Source of the DNA: Candidatus Moraniibacteriota bacterium
GTDB lineage: Bacteria; Patescibacteriota; Minisyncoccia; Moranbacterales; UBA1568
NCBI GenBank assembly: GCA_052035095.1
Contig: JBPOHW010000003.1
Coordinates: 1,807 to 65,806, forward strand
Reading direction: 5' to 3'
Length of the DNA: 64,000 nt
The position numbers were made by a program, and so were the translations under genes. Positions 19,477-29,509 of the stretch are shown in pieces. Position 1 is the first letter of the stretch; every line of letters begins with the position of its first letter. The notes under the pieces were generated by a model. That model was not told the origin of the DNA. It did not search any database and saw nothing but the letters and a program-made list of their open reading frames with translations.

Positions 19477-20928
19477 ATGCGATTTTCTCAAAAGATACTC
19501 CATCACCACGCCTTCCTCATTTCTCTGCTCCTTGCCACCTTCTTCCTCAAAGGCGTCTTTCTGGCAACGCTCTTCCCGATGTTTACCGGGCAAGACGAGG
19601 CGCGACACTATAATTCCGCCCAATTCATCAATGAACCAACAGACAAAATATGGGAAAAAAGCCCAAAGAAAGCAGAAGTAAATCGCGATACTTTTGCCGA
19701 CTATAATTTCTCCGAAGAAATTCTCTTTGCCGGCACGGCGGCGGGTATCGACGATATTCGGAGTGGACTCTACAATACGACTGATTTTTCCAATACCTCT
19801 CTCGGAAAAAACGAGGGTGAAATCCTCGAACAAAAATGGCGTCCCTACAATCTCTTCGAATATCCCGACGCGGTTCGCGGGAGCCTGTACCACACGATTA
19901 CCGGAAAAATCGAGGGGGCGCTTGCGGATCAAAACATTCTTGTTCGGTTCTATTCTATTCGAATTTTTTCCGTACTTCTTGGTACCTTCGCCGTTCTTCT
20001 CGCTTTTCTCATCGCGCGAACAATCGGATTTTCTCCCTACATCAGCACGCTTTTCGCGGCGCTCGTCGCCTTTCAGCCGAAGTTTTCGATGTATCTGACC
20101 AATATCAACTACGACGCCTTTCTCATCCCCCTCTTTTTCCTCTTTACATGGGGCGGAGTTTTAAGCCTTCGTGACGGGATCAACTGGAAGAATGTTTCCA
20201 TTATGATAACCGCGATCGCGCTCGGCATTCTCACCAAGGGAACCGCAGTTATTCTCTTTGTCGCCTTCTTGGGACTCATCGGGTTTCATCTTTTTAGGAA
20301 AGCGAAAAATCCCAAAAAACTTTTCATTGCCGCTATGATATTCGTCGGCATCTTTCTCATTGCCAATGCCTTCCTCGAAACAAAATATTCTCTCCGAGGA
20401 CTCTTCCCTCTCAAGGGATCCGCGACCGAAACACTGCTCTCGCTCGGAGAATATCTCGATACAAGCCTCACGCCGGGACGCTTCGCGCTCTCCTCGCGTA
20501 CCTATTGGGGCGCCTTGGGGTGGAATGACAGCGTCATCATAAATCATCTCACCAACATACTCTGGCCGATACAGGCTATTGCCACTCTCGGTATCATCCT
20601 CTTTCTCTTTACTCGAAACAAACCGGATTTCTTGCCGGACAAAACTCAAATCGCCTTTCTCATCAGCATGATTGTCGCCCTTCAACTCGGCATTCGTCTC
20701 GCGGACTGGAACGTCTTCGCGTCAACCGGATCGCTTGATCTCGGCACGCCGGGGCGTTACTTCCTCCCCAATCTCGCAACGCACCTCATCCTCGTCTTTG
20801 TTGGCTTCGGTATGCTCCTTGGCAAACGAGAGTACTTCAAAAATATCCTCAAGGGCGGCGTTATCCTGATGTTTTTCTTTTCACTGTACCTCACCTTCAA
20901 TGTCATCCTCCCGCGCTTCTATCTATGA
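19477..20928 (+). CDS. ArnT/PMT-like GT-C membrane glycosyltransferase (polyprenyl-phosphate-sugar dependent)
   Basis: First periplasmic loop FTGQDEARHYNSAQF parallels the ArnT DEARYAEISREM motif; about 11 TM helices. Confidence 0.55.
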   Translation: MRFSQKILHHHAFLISLLLATFFLKGVFLATLFPMFTGQDEARHYNSAQFINEPTDKIWEKSPKKAEVNRDTFADYNFSEEILFAGTAAGIDDIRSGLYNTTDFSNTSLGKNEGEILEQKWRPYNLFEYPDAVRGSLYHTITGKIEGALADQNILVRFYSIRIFSVLLGTFAVLLAFLIARTIGFSPYISTLFAALVAFQPKFSMYLTNINYDAFLIPLFFLFTWGGVLSLRDGINWKNVSIMITAIALGILTKGTAVILFVAFLGLIGFHLFRKAKNPKKLFIAAMIFVGIFLIANAFLETKYSLRGLFPLKGSATETLLSLGEYLDTSLTPGRFALSSRTYWGALGWNDSVIINHLTNILWPIQAIATLGIILFLFTRNKPDFLPDKTQIAFLISMIVALQLGIRLADWNVFASTGSLDLGTPGRYFLPNLATHLILVFVGFGMLLGKREYFKNILKGGVILMFFFSLYLTFNVILPRFYL

Positions 20929-21617
20929 AAAAACCTTCATCCAAAATATTTTTCCTCACAAGCACCGCCGTATTCACCGTGCTTGTTGCATGGAATCTCT
21001 CTCGAGAGTGGGGATTTCCGGATACCTCGTTTCCCATTGAGAAAAGCGAGAAGATAAAGCTGGACGAATCGGGCGCCACACAGACATTTCGCGCCTCAAG
21101 AAATAACCTCTCGGGCGTGAGCGTCCTCTTCGGCGGCTCGAGTATCAAAAACGGCGGGACGCTCTCGCTCGCACTCCTCGATGAAACCTGCAGAGAAACA
21201 CTCCGCGAAGAAAAACGATTCATCACGGAGCTCAATGCCGATAACTCGATTGAGTTTCACTTTTCCCGCATTCCCGATTCCGCAGGGAAAATTTTCTGCT
21301 TCAAAACAAGCTTCGCTCCCGAAAAAGGCTCGAAAAAATCGTCTCTCTTTGCCATCCCCAACGCCCTGCCAAATGAAAAGCTTTCTCTCACCATAAACGG
21401 CGAGAATCGCCCTGGAGAATCACTCGCTCTCCGTCCGGTATACCGAAATGAAAGCTTTTTTGCCGATCTCGCCGAACTCAACCGGCGAATTTCCCAGTAC
21501 AAGCCGTGGTTCCTGAAAGACGCGTTTCTCGCCACGATCACGATTCTTTCCATCGGGCTCTCCTATGCCTTTCTTTTCTTCATCACCCATCCAGAAGAGA
21601 CTGATTCAAAAGAATAG
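20925..21617 (+). CDS. Hypothetical membrane-anchored protein (N- and C-terminal TM helices)
   Basis: ATGA overlap with the upstream GT-C gene suggests co-translation; no recognisable domain. Confidence 0.4.
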   Translation: MKKPSSKIFFLTSTAVFTVLVAWNLSREWGFPDTSFPIEKSEKIKLDESGATQTFRASRNNLSGVSVLFGGSSIKNGGTLSLALLDETCRETLREEKRFITELNADNSIEFHFSRIPDSAGKIFCFKTSFAPEKGSKKSSLFAIPNALPNEKLSLTINGENRPGESLALRPVYRNESFFADLAELNRRISQYKPWFLKDAFLATITILSIGLSYAFLFFITHPEETDSKE

Positions 21618-21685
21618 CGAAAAAACCCGACTCGATAAATCGGGGTATTTCACCTGAATCCAACAATGAACAATGATCGAAACGT

Positions 21686-22627
21686 CTATTTTTTCTCCTT
21701 TCGGACGAGAATAAAAACTTTTTGTTGTATCTCGGGAATTATATGTTCGCCGGTCGGATAGTCTCGCGCCGCCCGGAAAAACACGTCTTCTTGATATCGG
21801 TAACCGGTGCCATTGCGCGTCCCGGGATCATTGGTGATGAATTCTTTGGTCTTCGCGTCGTAGCCGATCACGACCAACATATGGTGTATCGGTCCGGGAA
21901 AAGTATAGTTTGGATTGCCGAGCGCCCTCCCGTCCATCGGGATCACCACGACACCTTCTTGAAGCGCCAACTGCAGAGACTCCTTGGTAAAATCAATCAC
22001 GAGATCGGTATCCGGCATATTCAAGTATTCGTGAAAAAGAAGCGCGTTCGTATCAACCGCCGAGGTGTCAACCGCGTGACCGAATTGTTTTCCGAGAAAC
22101 TGCGACATCGCGAGGATCTCCCGTTTCGCCTCTTCGCGAGAGAGGCCTGTTCCCCTCCTCCACGCCGCCGCCATGAGAACCGACGCCTCTTCGCATCCAT
22201 CCTGAAATTCAGGAATATCCCATTCTCCAAACGGCGCCTGTGAAACAAAAGGAACGGTATGGAGAACCGAGGAAGCTTTTCGCGAAGAAGCGACGTTCTC
22301 CGAAACGGTAGCGGGAGAATGCTCCGACAACTCCGGTTCCGGGGATGTATTTTCTTCTTGCAAAGAAGCGGAAGCGACGTGGAGAGATGGCTCGATATTT
22401 TTCGAAGCGCCCGAAATTCCCTGTTCTGAAGAAACGGGAACGGAAAACATCGCGCTCATCCCGCGCGTTGATTCCCTCGCCAAAAAGAAAAAAGCAAGCG
22501 CGCCAAAAGACGCGACGACACCAAGCGTCCACATCGCGTACAATCCCACTCCTTCTCGCCTCAAAGCAATTGCCTGTTTCATAAAACAAGAGCACAAACC
22601 AATCCTACAACAAAGAGTATCACACAT
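21686..22627 (-). CDS. Membrane-anchored C39-like (papain-fold) peptidase domain protein
   Basis: N-terminal TM, Ser/Pro-rich linker, then VPFVSQAPFGEWDIPEFQDGCEEASVLMAAAW resembling the Gln/Cys region of peptidase C39. Confidence 0.45.
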   Translation of the reverse strand: MCDTLCCRIGLCSCFMKQAIALRREGVGLYAMWTLGVVASFGALAFFFLARESTRGMSAMFSVPVSSEQGISGASKNIEPSLHVASASLQEENTSPEPELSEHSPATVSENVASSRKASSVLHTVPFVSQAPFGEWDIPEFQDGCEEASVLMAAAWRRGTGLSREEAKREILAMSQFLGKQFGHAVDTSAVDTNALLFHEYLNMPDTDLVIDFTKESLQLALQEGVVVIPMDGRALGNPNYTFPGPIHHMLVVIGYDAKTKEFITNDPGTRNGTGYRYQEDVFFRAARDYPTGEHIIPEIQQKVFILVRKEKK

Positions 22628-22644
22628 TCAAAAAAATCGGAACA

Positions 22645-25212
22645 TTATTTCAGCGCTCGTTTCAAATATTTCCCCGTGTATGACTTCGGGTTGTTGGCAA
22701 CCTGTTCGGGCGTGCCCTTCCCGACGAGTCTCCCGCCGCCCGCGCCACCTTCGGGACCGATGTCGAGGACATAATCGGCGCTTTTCAAGATATCCATATT
22801 GTGTTCGATCGTCACGACCGTGTTTCCCTTCTCGACGAGCACATTGAGAATCTCGATCAACTTCTTCACGTCCTCGTAGTGAAGCCCGACAGTCGGCTCA
22901 TCCAAGAGGTAGAGCGTTCGGTGGAGATCGGGACGATAGAGCTCACTCGCGATTTTGACGCGCTGGGCTTCACCGCCGGAGAGCGTCGTCGCAGACTGTC
23001 CGAGTTCGAGATAGCCCAAGCCCACATCAAGAAGCGTCTTCAGCCGATCAGCGATCGCGGGAATATCCTTGAAAAAAGCGAATGCTTCTTCGACCGTCAT
23101 CTTTAGCACCTCGTGAATGTTTTTGTGTTTGCATTCGACTTCGAGCGTTTCTTTGGTGAAACGTTTTCCATTGCACACATCGCAGAGTACGTAGACCGTC
23201 GGAAGGAAATGCATCTCGACCGCGACCTGTCCGTGTCCCTCGCAGGCTTCGCACCGGCCACCTTTCACATTGAAAGAAAACCGCCCCGATCGCCACCCGC
23301 GCAGTCGCGCTTCGGCGGTCATCGCAAACATATCGCGAATATGCGTCCACATACCGGTATAGGTCGCCGGATTGGAGCGCGGCGTCCGACCGATCGGCGA
23401 CTGGTCGATCAATACCGCGCGGGAGAGATATTCCGTTCCCGAAAACGAAACGCAGTTCAGCGTCTTTGGACTTCGGTACCGCCGGTCGAGTCGCGCCTGC
23501 AAATTTTTGTAGAGAATTTCATAGAGAAACGACGATTTGCCCGAACCCGAGACACCCGTAATCGCAACGAGGCGTCCCAAGGGAATATCCGCATCCATAT
23601 TCTCGATATTAAACGCCTTCCCGCCGCGAATCTTGATTGCGCCTTTTTCTTTCATTCGTCGACGTTCCGGAACGGGAATCGATGTCTCACCGCGGAGATA
23701 CGAAAGCGTAAGCGACTGTGCCTTATTCACTTTCGCCGTGAGCAGTTCTTCGAGAAACCCCGAGACAACCACTTCGCCGCCATGGACGCCGGCCGCGGGA
23801 CCGATGTCTACGATATAGTCCGACGCGAAGATCGTGTCTTCATCGTGCTCGACCACGATGATCGTGTTGCCGAGATCGCGAAGATTTTTCAGTGTCTCGA
23901 TAAGCCGATCATTGTCCCGCGGGTGAAGTCCGATTGTCGGCTCGTCCAAAACGTAGAGCGCGCCCACCAAGCGGCTCCCGAGTTGGGAAGCAAGTCGAAT
24001 GCGTTGGGACTCGCCGCCCGAGAGCGTGTTGGCGCGCCGATCGAGCGAGAGGTAGTCGAGCCCGACATCAAGAAGAAATGAGAGGCGATTGCCGATTTCT
24101 TTGAGGACGACGGCGACGATTTCACGTTCCCGATCGGTGAGCGTCGCCGTATCGAGAAACCGTTTTGCCTCGCCGATCACCATACTCGAAAACTCCACGA
24201 TATTTTTCCCGGCAACCTTTACGTGGAGCGCCTCTTCACGCAATCGACTTCCCTTGCATACCGGACACGGATCATTCCCGAAAAAATGCTTCGTGCCGAG
24301 ACCGTTACACTCGGGACACGCGCCGTAGGGAGAATTGAACGAGAAGAGTCGCGGTTCAATTTCCGGATACGAAAAACCGTCATAGGGACACGCGTACTTC
24401 GACGAGAGGAGTTTTTCTTCGTCGCCAATCACGACTTTTACCAATCCTTCCGATTCTTCGAGCGACCGCTCGATCGCCTCACGCAGTCGCATCGCCGCGT
24501 CATCGCTCCACATCGAACTCTTCAATTCCGAAATTGAAATCGTATCGACGAGCATATCGATATCGTGCGCCTTGTACTTGGAAAGCACGACGCGCTCGCG
24601 CAAGCTTTTCATCTCGCCGTCGATCCGCGCTTCCGAAAATCCCTTTCCAAGATAATCATAAAGCAACTGATAGTACTCGCCCTTGCGCCCGCGCACAATG
24701 GGAGCGAAAATTTGGAGCGCATTATTCCCCGCGTGACTCGTCACATCGCTCGCGAGCGACGTGATAAATCCGATCATCTCGTCCGTCGAGAGCTTGGAAA
24801 TTTCCCGTCCGCATGTGAGGCAATGCGGTCGCCCGATCCGCGCGTAAAGGACGCGGAGGTAATCGTAAATCTCGGTAATGGTTGCCACGGTTGAACGCGG
24901 ATTGGACGATCGCGATTTCTGATCGATCGAGATCGCCGGCGAAAGCCCCTCAATCTCGTCCACGTCCGGCTTCTGCATTTGATTGAGGAACTGCCGCGCG
25001 TACGCCGAGAGCGACTCGACATAGCGCCGCTGCCCTTCGGCGAATATCGTATCGAACGCCAAAGAGGACTTCCCGCTTCCAGAGAGCCCCGTAAACACCG
25101 TCATTTTCCCCCGCGGAATCGAGACGGTTATATTTTTCAAATTGTGCGTCCGCGCCCCCTTCACCGTAATCCACTCCTGCGGCAAGCGCGACATTTCTTT
25201 CTTCTTTGACAT
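22645..25212 (-). CDS. uvrA: Excinuclease ABC subunit A
   Basis: Two ABC ATPase modules (GLSGSGKSSLAFDT, GVSGSGKSS), Cys-rich zinc modules, LSGGE signature motifs; start chosen at MSKKKEM. Confidence 0.9.
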   Translation of the reverse strand: MSKKKEMSRLPQEWITVKGARTHNLKNITVSIPRGKMTVFTGLSGSGKSSLAFDTIFAEGQRRYVESLSAYARQFLNQMQKPDVDEIEGLSPAISIDQKSRSSNPRSTVATITEIYDYLRVLYARIGRPHCLTCGREISKLSTDEMIGFITSLASDVTSHAGNNALQIFAPIVRGRKGEYYQLLYDYLGKGFSEARIDGEMKSLRERVVLSKYKAHDIDMLVDTISISELKSSMWSDDAAMRLREAIERSLEESEGLVKVVIGDEEKLLSSKYACPYDGFSYPEIEPRLFSFNSPYGACPECNGLGTKHFFGNDPCPVCKGSRLREEALHVKVAGKNIVEFSSMVIGEAKRFLDTATLTDREREIVAVVLKEIGNRLSFLLDVGLDYLSLDRRANTLSGGESQRIRLASQLGSRLVGALYVLDEPTIGLHPRDNDRLIETLKNLRDLGNTIIVVEHDEDTIFASDYIVDIGPAAGVHGGEVVVSGFLEELLTAKVNKAQSLTLSYLRGETSIPVPERRRMKEKGAIKIRGGKAFNIENMDADIPLGRLVAITGVSGSGKSSFLYEILYKNLQARLDRRYRSPKTLNCVSFSGTEYLSRAVLIDQSPIGRTPRSNPATYTGMWTHIRDMFAMTAEARLRGWRSGRFSFNVKGGRCEACEGHGQVAVEMHFLPTVYVLCDVCNGKRFTKETLEVECKHKNIHEVLKMTVEEAFAFFKDIPAIADRLKTLLDVGLGYLELGQSATTLSGGEAQRVKIASELYRPDLHRTLYLLDEPTVGLHYEDVKKLIEILNVLVEKGNTVVTIEHNMDILKSADYVLDIGPEGGAGGGRLVGKGTPEQVANNPKSYTGKYLKRALK

Positions 25213-25276
25213 ACAAAAACGCCATAAAAAACGCGCCACAACCGAATGAACAGTGTAGCGCGAAAATATAAAAGCA

Positions 25277-25534
25277 TCAACAGTCAACCCCTTCTATTTT
25301 CAATATTTCCCGTTTTCTCTCCGAGCCGCGATTGTAGCCGCCGGTTGTGCCGTCCTTTCGGACAACACGGTGGCACGGGATATTCGGATCGTAATTTTTG
25401 TTGAGAATATTCCCGACCGCGCGAAACGCGCGCGGACTGCCGGCACGCTCCGCCACTTCTTTGTACGTCATCGTTTCCCCTTTCGGGATCCGCGCAACAA
25501 CCAGACGCACACGATCAGCAAAGGTTTGCGTCAT
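25277..25534 (-). CDS. ogt: Methylated-DNA-protein-cysteine methyltransferase, stand-alone C-terminal domain (85 aa)
   Basis: YKEVAERAGSPRAFRAVGNILNKNYDPNIPCHRVVRKDGTTGGY contains the PCHRV alkyl-acceptor motif. Confidence 0.7.
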   Translation of the reverse strand: MTQTFADRVRLVVARIPKGETMTYKEVAERAGSPRAFRAVGNILNKNYDPNIPCHRVVRKDGTTGGYNRGSERKREILKIEGVDC

Positions 25535-26493
25535 ACGCGTAAAAAATTTGTAATAATTTCTTCCGCCTCCTTCGCGTCCTTACACATCATCAAACGCGCG
25601 CGAAGATCGGAGGCATTCGGGAAGCCGTTCGCGTATGCTTTGTAGTGCTTCTTCATCAGATCAAAGCTTTTTGTCGCGCCCCAGGTCGCCTCATAGAGAT
25701 GCGTGTGTTCGACCAGCGCCAAGAGCTTTTCCTCCACTGTTGGAATTTTTCCGGCTTCGTCGAAGAGCCATGGATTCCCGAATATCGCGCGTCCCAACAT
25801 CACGCCATCCGCGCCGGTTTCTTTGACCTTCTCTTTCGCATCCGCGAGGTCGCGCACATCGCCGTTCCCGATGATGACCGTCCCGGTTCCCCGCGCCATG
25901 TTGACGACGCGCGACACATCCTCCCAACGCGCCGGCACATCGGAGAGTTCCTTTTTCGTCCGCGCGTGAATGGTAAGCGCGTCGAGTTTCGTATCAAGCA
26001 GTATCGGAATCCACGTGTCGATTTCGTCCGTATGATATCCCGTTCGCGTCTTCACTGAAACGGGAAGTGACGACCCCGCCGACGCAATTCCCTCTTTCGT
26101 CGCTACGATAATTTCTCGCGCGAGCTCGGTTCGTCGGATGAGCGCCGCGCCCGCGCCCTGCGCGATGACCGCCTTGTCGGGACAACCCATATTGATATCG
26201 ATCCCGTCAAAGCCGAGCGAGACAATGAGTCGCGCCGTCTCATAAAAATGTTTCGGTGTCGCGCCAAACACCTGCGCCACAATCGGCCGCTCGATATCGG
26301 AAAATTGCAAATCACGAAGCAGTGCCTCTCGCCCGCGACTCTGAAGACCATCACACGAAACAAATTCCGTCCAAAAAACATCAGGCTTCGCCCGCCGCGC
26401 AATCACCTGTCGAAACACCATATCCGTCACCCCCGCCATCGGCGCAAGCGCAAAGAACGGTCTCGGAAGTTGTTGCCAAAAGTTCTTTTTCAT
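25531..26493 (-). CDS. dus: tRNA-dihydrouridine synthase
   Basis: FALAPMAGVTDMVFRQ...DGIDINMGCP... TIM-barrel Dus motifs. Confidence 0.85.
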   Translation of the reverse strand: MKKNFWQQLPRPFFALAPMAGVTDMVFRQVIARRAKPDVFWTEFVSCDGLQSRGREALLRDLQFSDIERPIVAQVFGATPKHFYETARLIVSLGFDGIDINMGCPDKAVIAQGAGAALIRRTELAREIIVATKEGIASAGSSLPVSVKTRTGYHTDEIDTWIPILLDTKLDALTIHARTKKELSDVPARWEDVSRVVNMARGTGTVIIGNGDVRDLADAKEKVKETGADGVMLGRAIFGNPWLFDEAGKIPTVEEKLLALVEHTHLYEATWGATKSFDLMKKHYKAYANGFPNASDLRARLMMCKDAKEAEEIITNFLRV

Positions 26494-26580
26494 AGTTCAC
26501 ACAGTGTAGAAAGTTTTCCCGTAAAAGGCAAAAAAATTGACCCCTCGACAGCATATCGTCGCGGGGTCGTAATAGTTTTT

Positions 26581-26958
26581 TCAACTCAGAACTTCAAACA
26601 TCCCATTTTTCTTGGCCCATACCTCCAGGGTAAGAGAGGCGTCATGTTCCTGGTACAGTCCGAAGTTCGGAATATACCCGAGAGGAGCAACTCTTGTCCC
26701 ATTCTCGACCTCTCCAGTCTCAAAAGTAGCACGAGCCAAACTCATCAACTCCGCACTGGTTCTCCTTGCACCTGGCTTGGAATACGCAAGCAAAACTCGA
26801 GCCCAGTCATCCAAGGATTGGATCTTTCCCCACGCCTGGTTTCCCTCAAAATGAAAAGGTACAAACTTCTTTTTTTCTTCCACGATACACTCCTCAGTCA
26901 AAGAGTTGGAGAAATTTCCAACAGCTCGGAAGATATCATAAGAAACAGAAAAAGTCAA
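26581..26958 (-). CDS. Hypothetical protein
   Basis: 125-aa ORF with no recognised motif; codon usage is consistent with neighbouring genes. Confidence 0.3.
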   Translation of the reverse strand: MTFSVSYDIFRAVGNFSNSLTEECIVEEKKKFVPFHFEGNQAWGKIQSLDDWARVLLAYSKPGARRTSAELMSLARATFETGEVENGTRVAPLGYIPNFGLYQEHDASLTLEVWAKKNGMFEVLS

Positions 26959-26991
26959 CTTCGATTCGCTCCATTTTTTGAAAAAACCGCA

Positions 26992-29496
26992 TCATCCCAA
27001 TCGCATCGCGCGTTCGAAGAGGCGTTTGCCGATTTCGACGGCGAAGAGATACGCCGCGGTAATGCCGAGTATCGTGAAGAATATCGGGAGCGGAAGCGGT
27101 TCGAAACCGAAGAGACTCCCGAAGGGAGAGAGCGCGATTATCCAGCCGATCGCGAGGAGAAGCAGTGTATTCGCCACGAGAAATTCGCTCGGGCGACTTT
27201 TGAAAAACGGGATATGCCGCGTGCGAACGATGAAGATGACGAGGATTTGCGTCGCCAAGGACTCCAAGAACCACCCCGTCTGAAAGGCGCCTTCGCCGAG
27301 ATCGAAAACAAGAAACAACGCGCCGAAGGTGAGGAAATCGAATACCGAACTGATCGTGCCGAAAATGAGCATAAACCGTCGAATGCCACGCAGATTCCAT
27401 CGTGTGGGACGCGTAATCGAAGAACGGTCGACATGATCCGTCGGCAATCCCACTTGCGCCGCGTCGTAGAGGACATTGTTCAAAAGAATTTGCTGGGGAC
27501 TCATCGGGAGAAACGGCAGGATCGCCGATGCGCCCATCATCGAAAACATATTGCCGAAATTCGACGAGAGCCACATACGAATATATTTGAGCGTGTTCTG
27601 AAACGTTTTTCGTCCTTCCTCAATGCCGTCCCTCAAGACGGAGAAATTTTTCTCGAGCAAAATGATATTCGCCGCGTCCTTGGCGACCGGCACCGCGTTC
27701 TCGACCGAGATGCCGACATCGGCGGCTTGAAGCGCCGTCACGTCATTGATGCCGTCCCCCATATAGCCGACGACCGTCTCGGGAAGCGTCCGAAGCGCCG
27801 CGATGATTCGCTCCTTTTCCGCCGGCGTCACCCGCGCGAAAATCGTCGTCTTCGCGGCGAGATTCGCCACTTCCGACGGAGACAAGCCGTCGATATCCCT
27901 ACCAAGCGCCACTCCCGTCACCGGTAACTTGATATCTTCGCAAATTTTCCGCGTCAGAACATCACTATCTCCGGTCAAAATTTTTATCGACACGCCGAGA
28001 TCGGCGAGCTCGGCAATCATCTTTGTCACATCCGCTTTCGGCGGATCGAGGAAGGCGGCGAATCCGACAAAGGTCATCGCCGATTCATCGGCTGAGTTGT
28101 ACGTATAGTCATCCGCTTCGAGCGTCTTGGTCGCGATCGCCAAAACGCGAAATCCTTTTTCAAAAAAACTTCGAGCAAGCGCCTCCAACGAAGCCCGCCG
28201 CGTCGCGTCAATCGGATGAACCTTTCCGCCAAGATAAATGGAAGAGACGATCGGGAGCACGTATTCGGGCGCGCCTTTCGTTGTAAGAATCTTTTCGGTA
28301 TCCCGCGACACTACCAGCGATTCGCGCCGACGGACAAAATCAAACGGCACTTCGTCCACTTTCCGATATCGGGAAATATCCGGCGTCCCATGCTCGACAA
28401 TCGCTTGATCGAGCGGATTTTTGACGCCCGTTTGGAAAACACTGTTGAGATACGAAAAAAGAAATACGTCCTCCGCATCCTTTCCCTCGCCATCCACGTG
28501 CTTCACGAGCGTAATTTTGTCCTGCGTCAGCGTCCCGGTTTTGTCGGTGCAGAGAATATTCATACTCCCGAAATTTTCGATGGAGGAGAGGTTTTTGACG
28601 ACGGCATGCTTCTTCGCCATACGGATCGAACCGCGTGACAACGACACTGAAAGCATCACCGGCAACAATTCGGGCGTGAGTCCGATCGCAATCGCGATCG
28701 AAAACGTAATCGACTCGATGAAATCGCGACCGAGGAGTGTATTCACGAGGAGCACCAATCCAACCAAAACAAAATTGAGACGCATCACGAACAGGCTAAA
28801 TGAACGAATGTTTCGTTCAAAATCGGTTTCGTTATTTCCCTTTGAAACCTGCTCGGCTATCTTTCCATACTCTGTCTTTCTCCCTGTCGAAAAAACGCGC
28901 ACCGTCGCGAATCCGGAGACCACGCTCGTTCCCAAAAAAACCACATCGTCCCGCTCAGTCACCCAATCCGACGGCTCGCGATCTCCGCGCGCGCGTTTCT
29001 CCGCCGGAAATGATTCACCCGTAAATGCCGACTGATTGACAAAAAAATCTCGAGCCTCGAGCACTTCCGCGTCCGCCGGCACGAGGCTTCCCGCCGAAAG
29101 AAGCACGATATCGCCCGGCACGAGACGTCGCGCGTCGACCTCCCGCTCTTCTCCGTCGCGCCGAACCCTTGAAAGAGTCTTCACCCGCTCGGCAAGCCGC
29201 GCCGCCGCCCGTTCCGATCGGAACGTATTCGCGAAATCCAAAATCGCCGAAATGAGCACCATGGCAAAGATGATGGTCGCGTTGGTTTTTTGACCGAGCA
29301 TGAAGAACGAAACGAACGCCACCGCAAGGAGAATTATGAGGAGCGGACTCGTAAACTCCTTGAGAAACGCGACTATGGGACTCATCCGACGCTTCGGCGC
29401 GAGTTCGTTCTCGCCATACTCCTTGAGCCGCGCCGCCACTTCTTTTGCCGACAGCCCGGGGAATTCTTTTGATGCGGAAGTATTTTTTTGGCTCAT
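26992..29496 (-). CDS. mgtA: P-type ATPase, MgtA-like Mg2+/cation transporter
   Basis: ICTDKTGTLTQDKITL phosphorylation motif, MGDGINDVTALQAADVGISV hinge, about 10 TM helices; start ambiguous (29496/29526/29589). Confidence 0.8.
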   Translation of the reverse strand: MSQKNTSASKEFPGLSAKEVAARLKEYGENELAPKRRMSPIVAFLKEFTSPLLIILLAVAFVSFFMLGQKTNATIIFAMVLISAILDFANTFRSERAAARLAERVKTLSRVRRDGEEREVDARRLVPGDIVLLSAGSLVPADAEVLEARDFFVNQSAFTGESFPAEKRARGDREPSDWVTERDDVVFLGTSVVSGFATVRVFSTGRKTEYGKIAEQVSKGNNETDFERNIRSFSLFVMRLNFVLVGLVLLVNTLLGRDFIESITFSIAIAIGLTPELLPVMLSVSLSRGSIRMAKKHAVVKNLSSIENFGSMNILCTDKTGTLTQDKITLVKHVDGEGKDAEDVFLFSYLNSVFQTGVKNPLDQAIVEHGTPDISRYRKVDEVPFDFVRRRESLVVSRDTEKILTTKGAPEYVLPIVSSIYLGGKVHPIDATRRASLEALARSFFEKGFRVLAIATKTLEADDYTYNSADESAMTFVGFAAFLDPPKADVTKMIAELADLGVSIKILTGDSDVLTRKICEDIKLPVTGVALGRDIDGLSPSEVANLAAKTTIFARVTPAEKERIIAALRTLPETVVGYMGDGINDVTALQAADVGISVENAVPVAKDAANIILLEKNFSVLRDGIEEGRKTFQNTLKYIRMWLSSNFGNMFSMMGASAILPFLPMSPQQILLNNVLYDAAQVGLPTDHVDRSSITRPTRWNLRGIRRFMLIFGTISSVFDFLTFGALFLVFDLGEGAFQTGWFLESLATQILVIFIVRTRHIPFFKSRPSEFLVANTLLLLAIGWIIALSPFGSLFGFEPLPLPIFFTILGITAAYLFAVEIGKRLFERAMRLG

Positions 29497-29509
29497 ATTG
29501 AAAAAACAT

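Noticed and set aside
19417-19932. 171-aa - strand ORF
   Set aside because: Overlaps the ArnT-like gene on the opposite strand. Weaker coding signal.
23113-24081. 322-aa + strand ORF
   Set aside because: Antisense to uvrA.
26248-27927. 559-aa + strand ORF
   Set aside because: Antisense across dus and the P-type ATPase. Arg/His/Pro-rich junk translation with no motifs.
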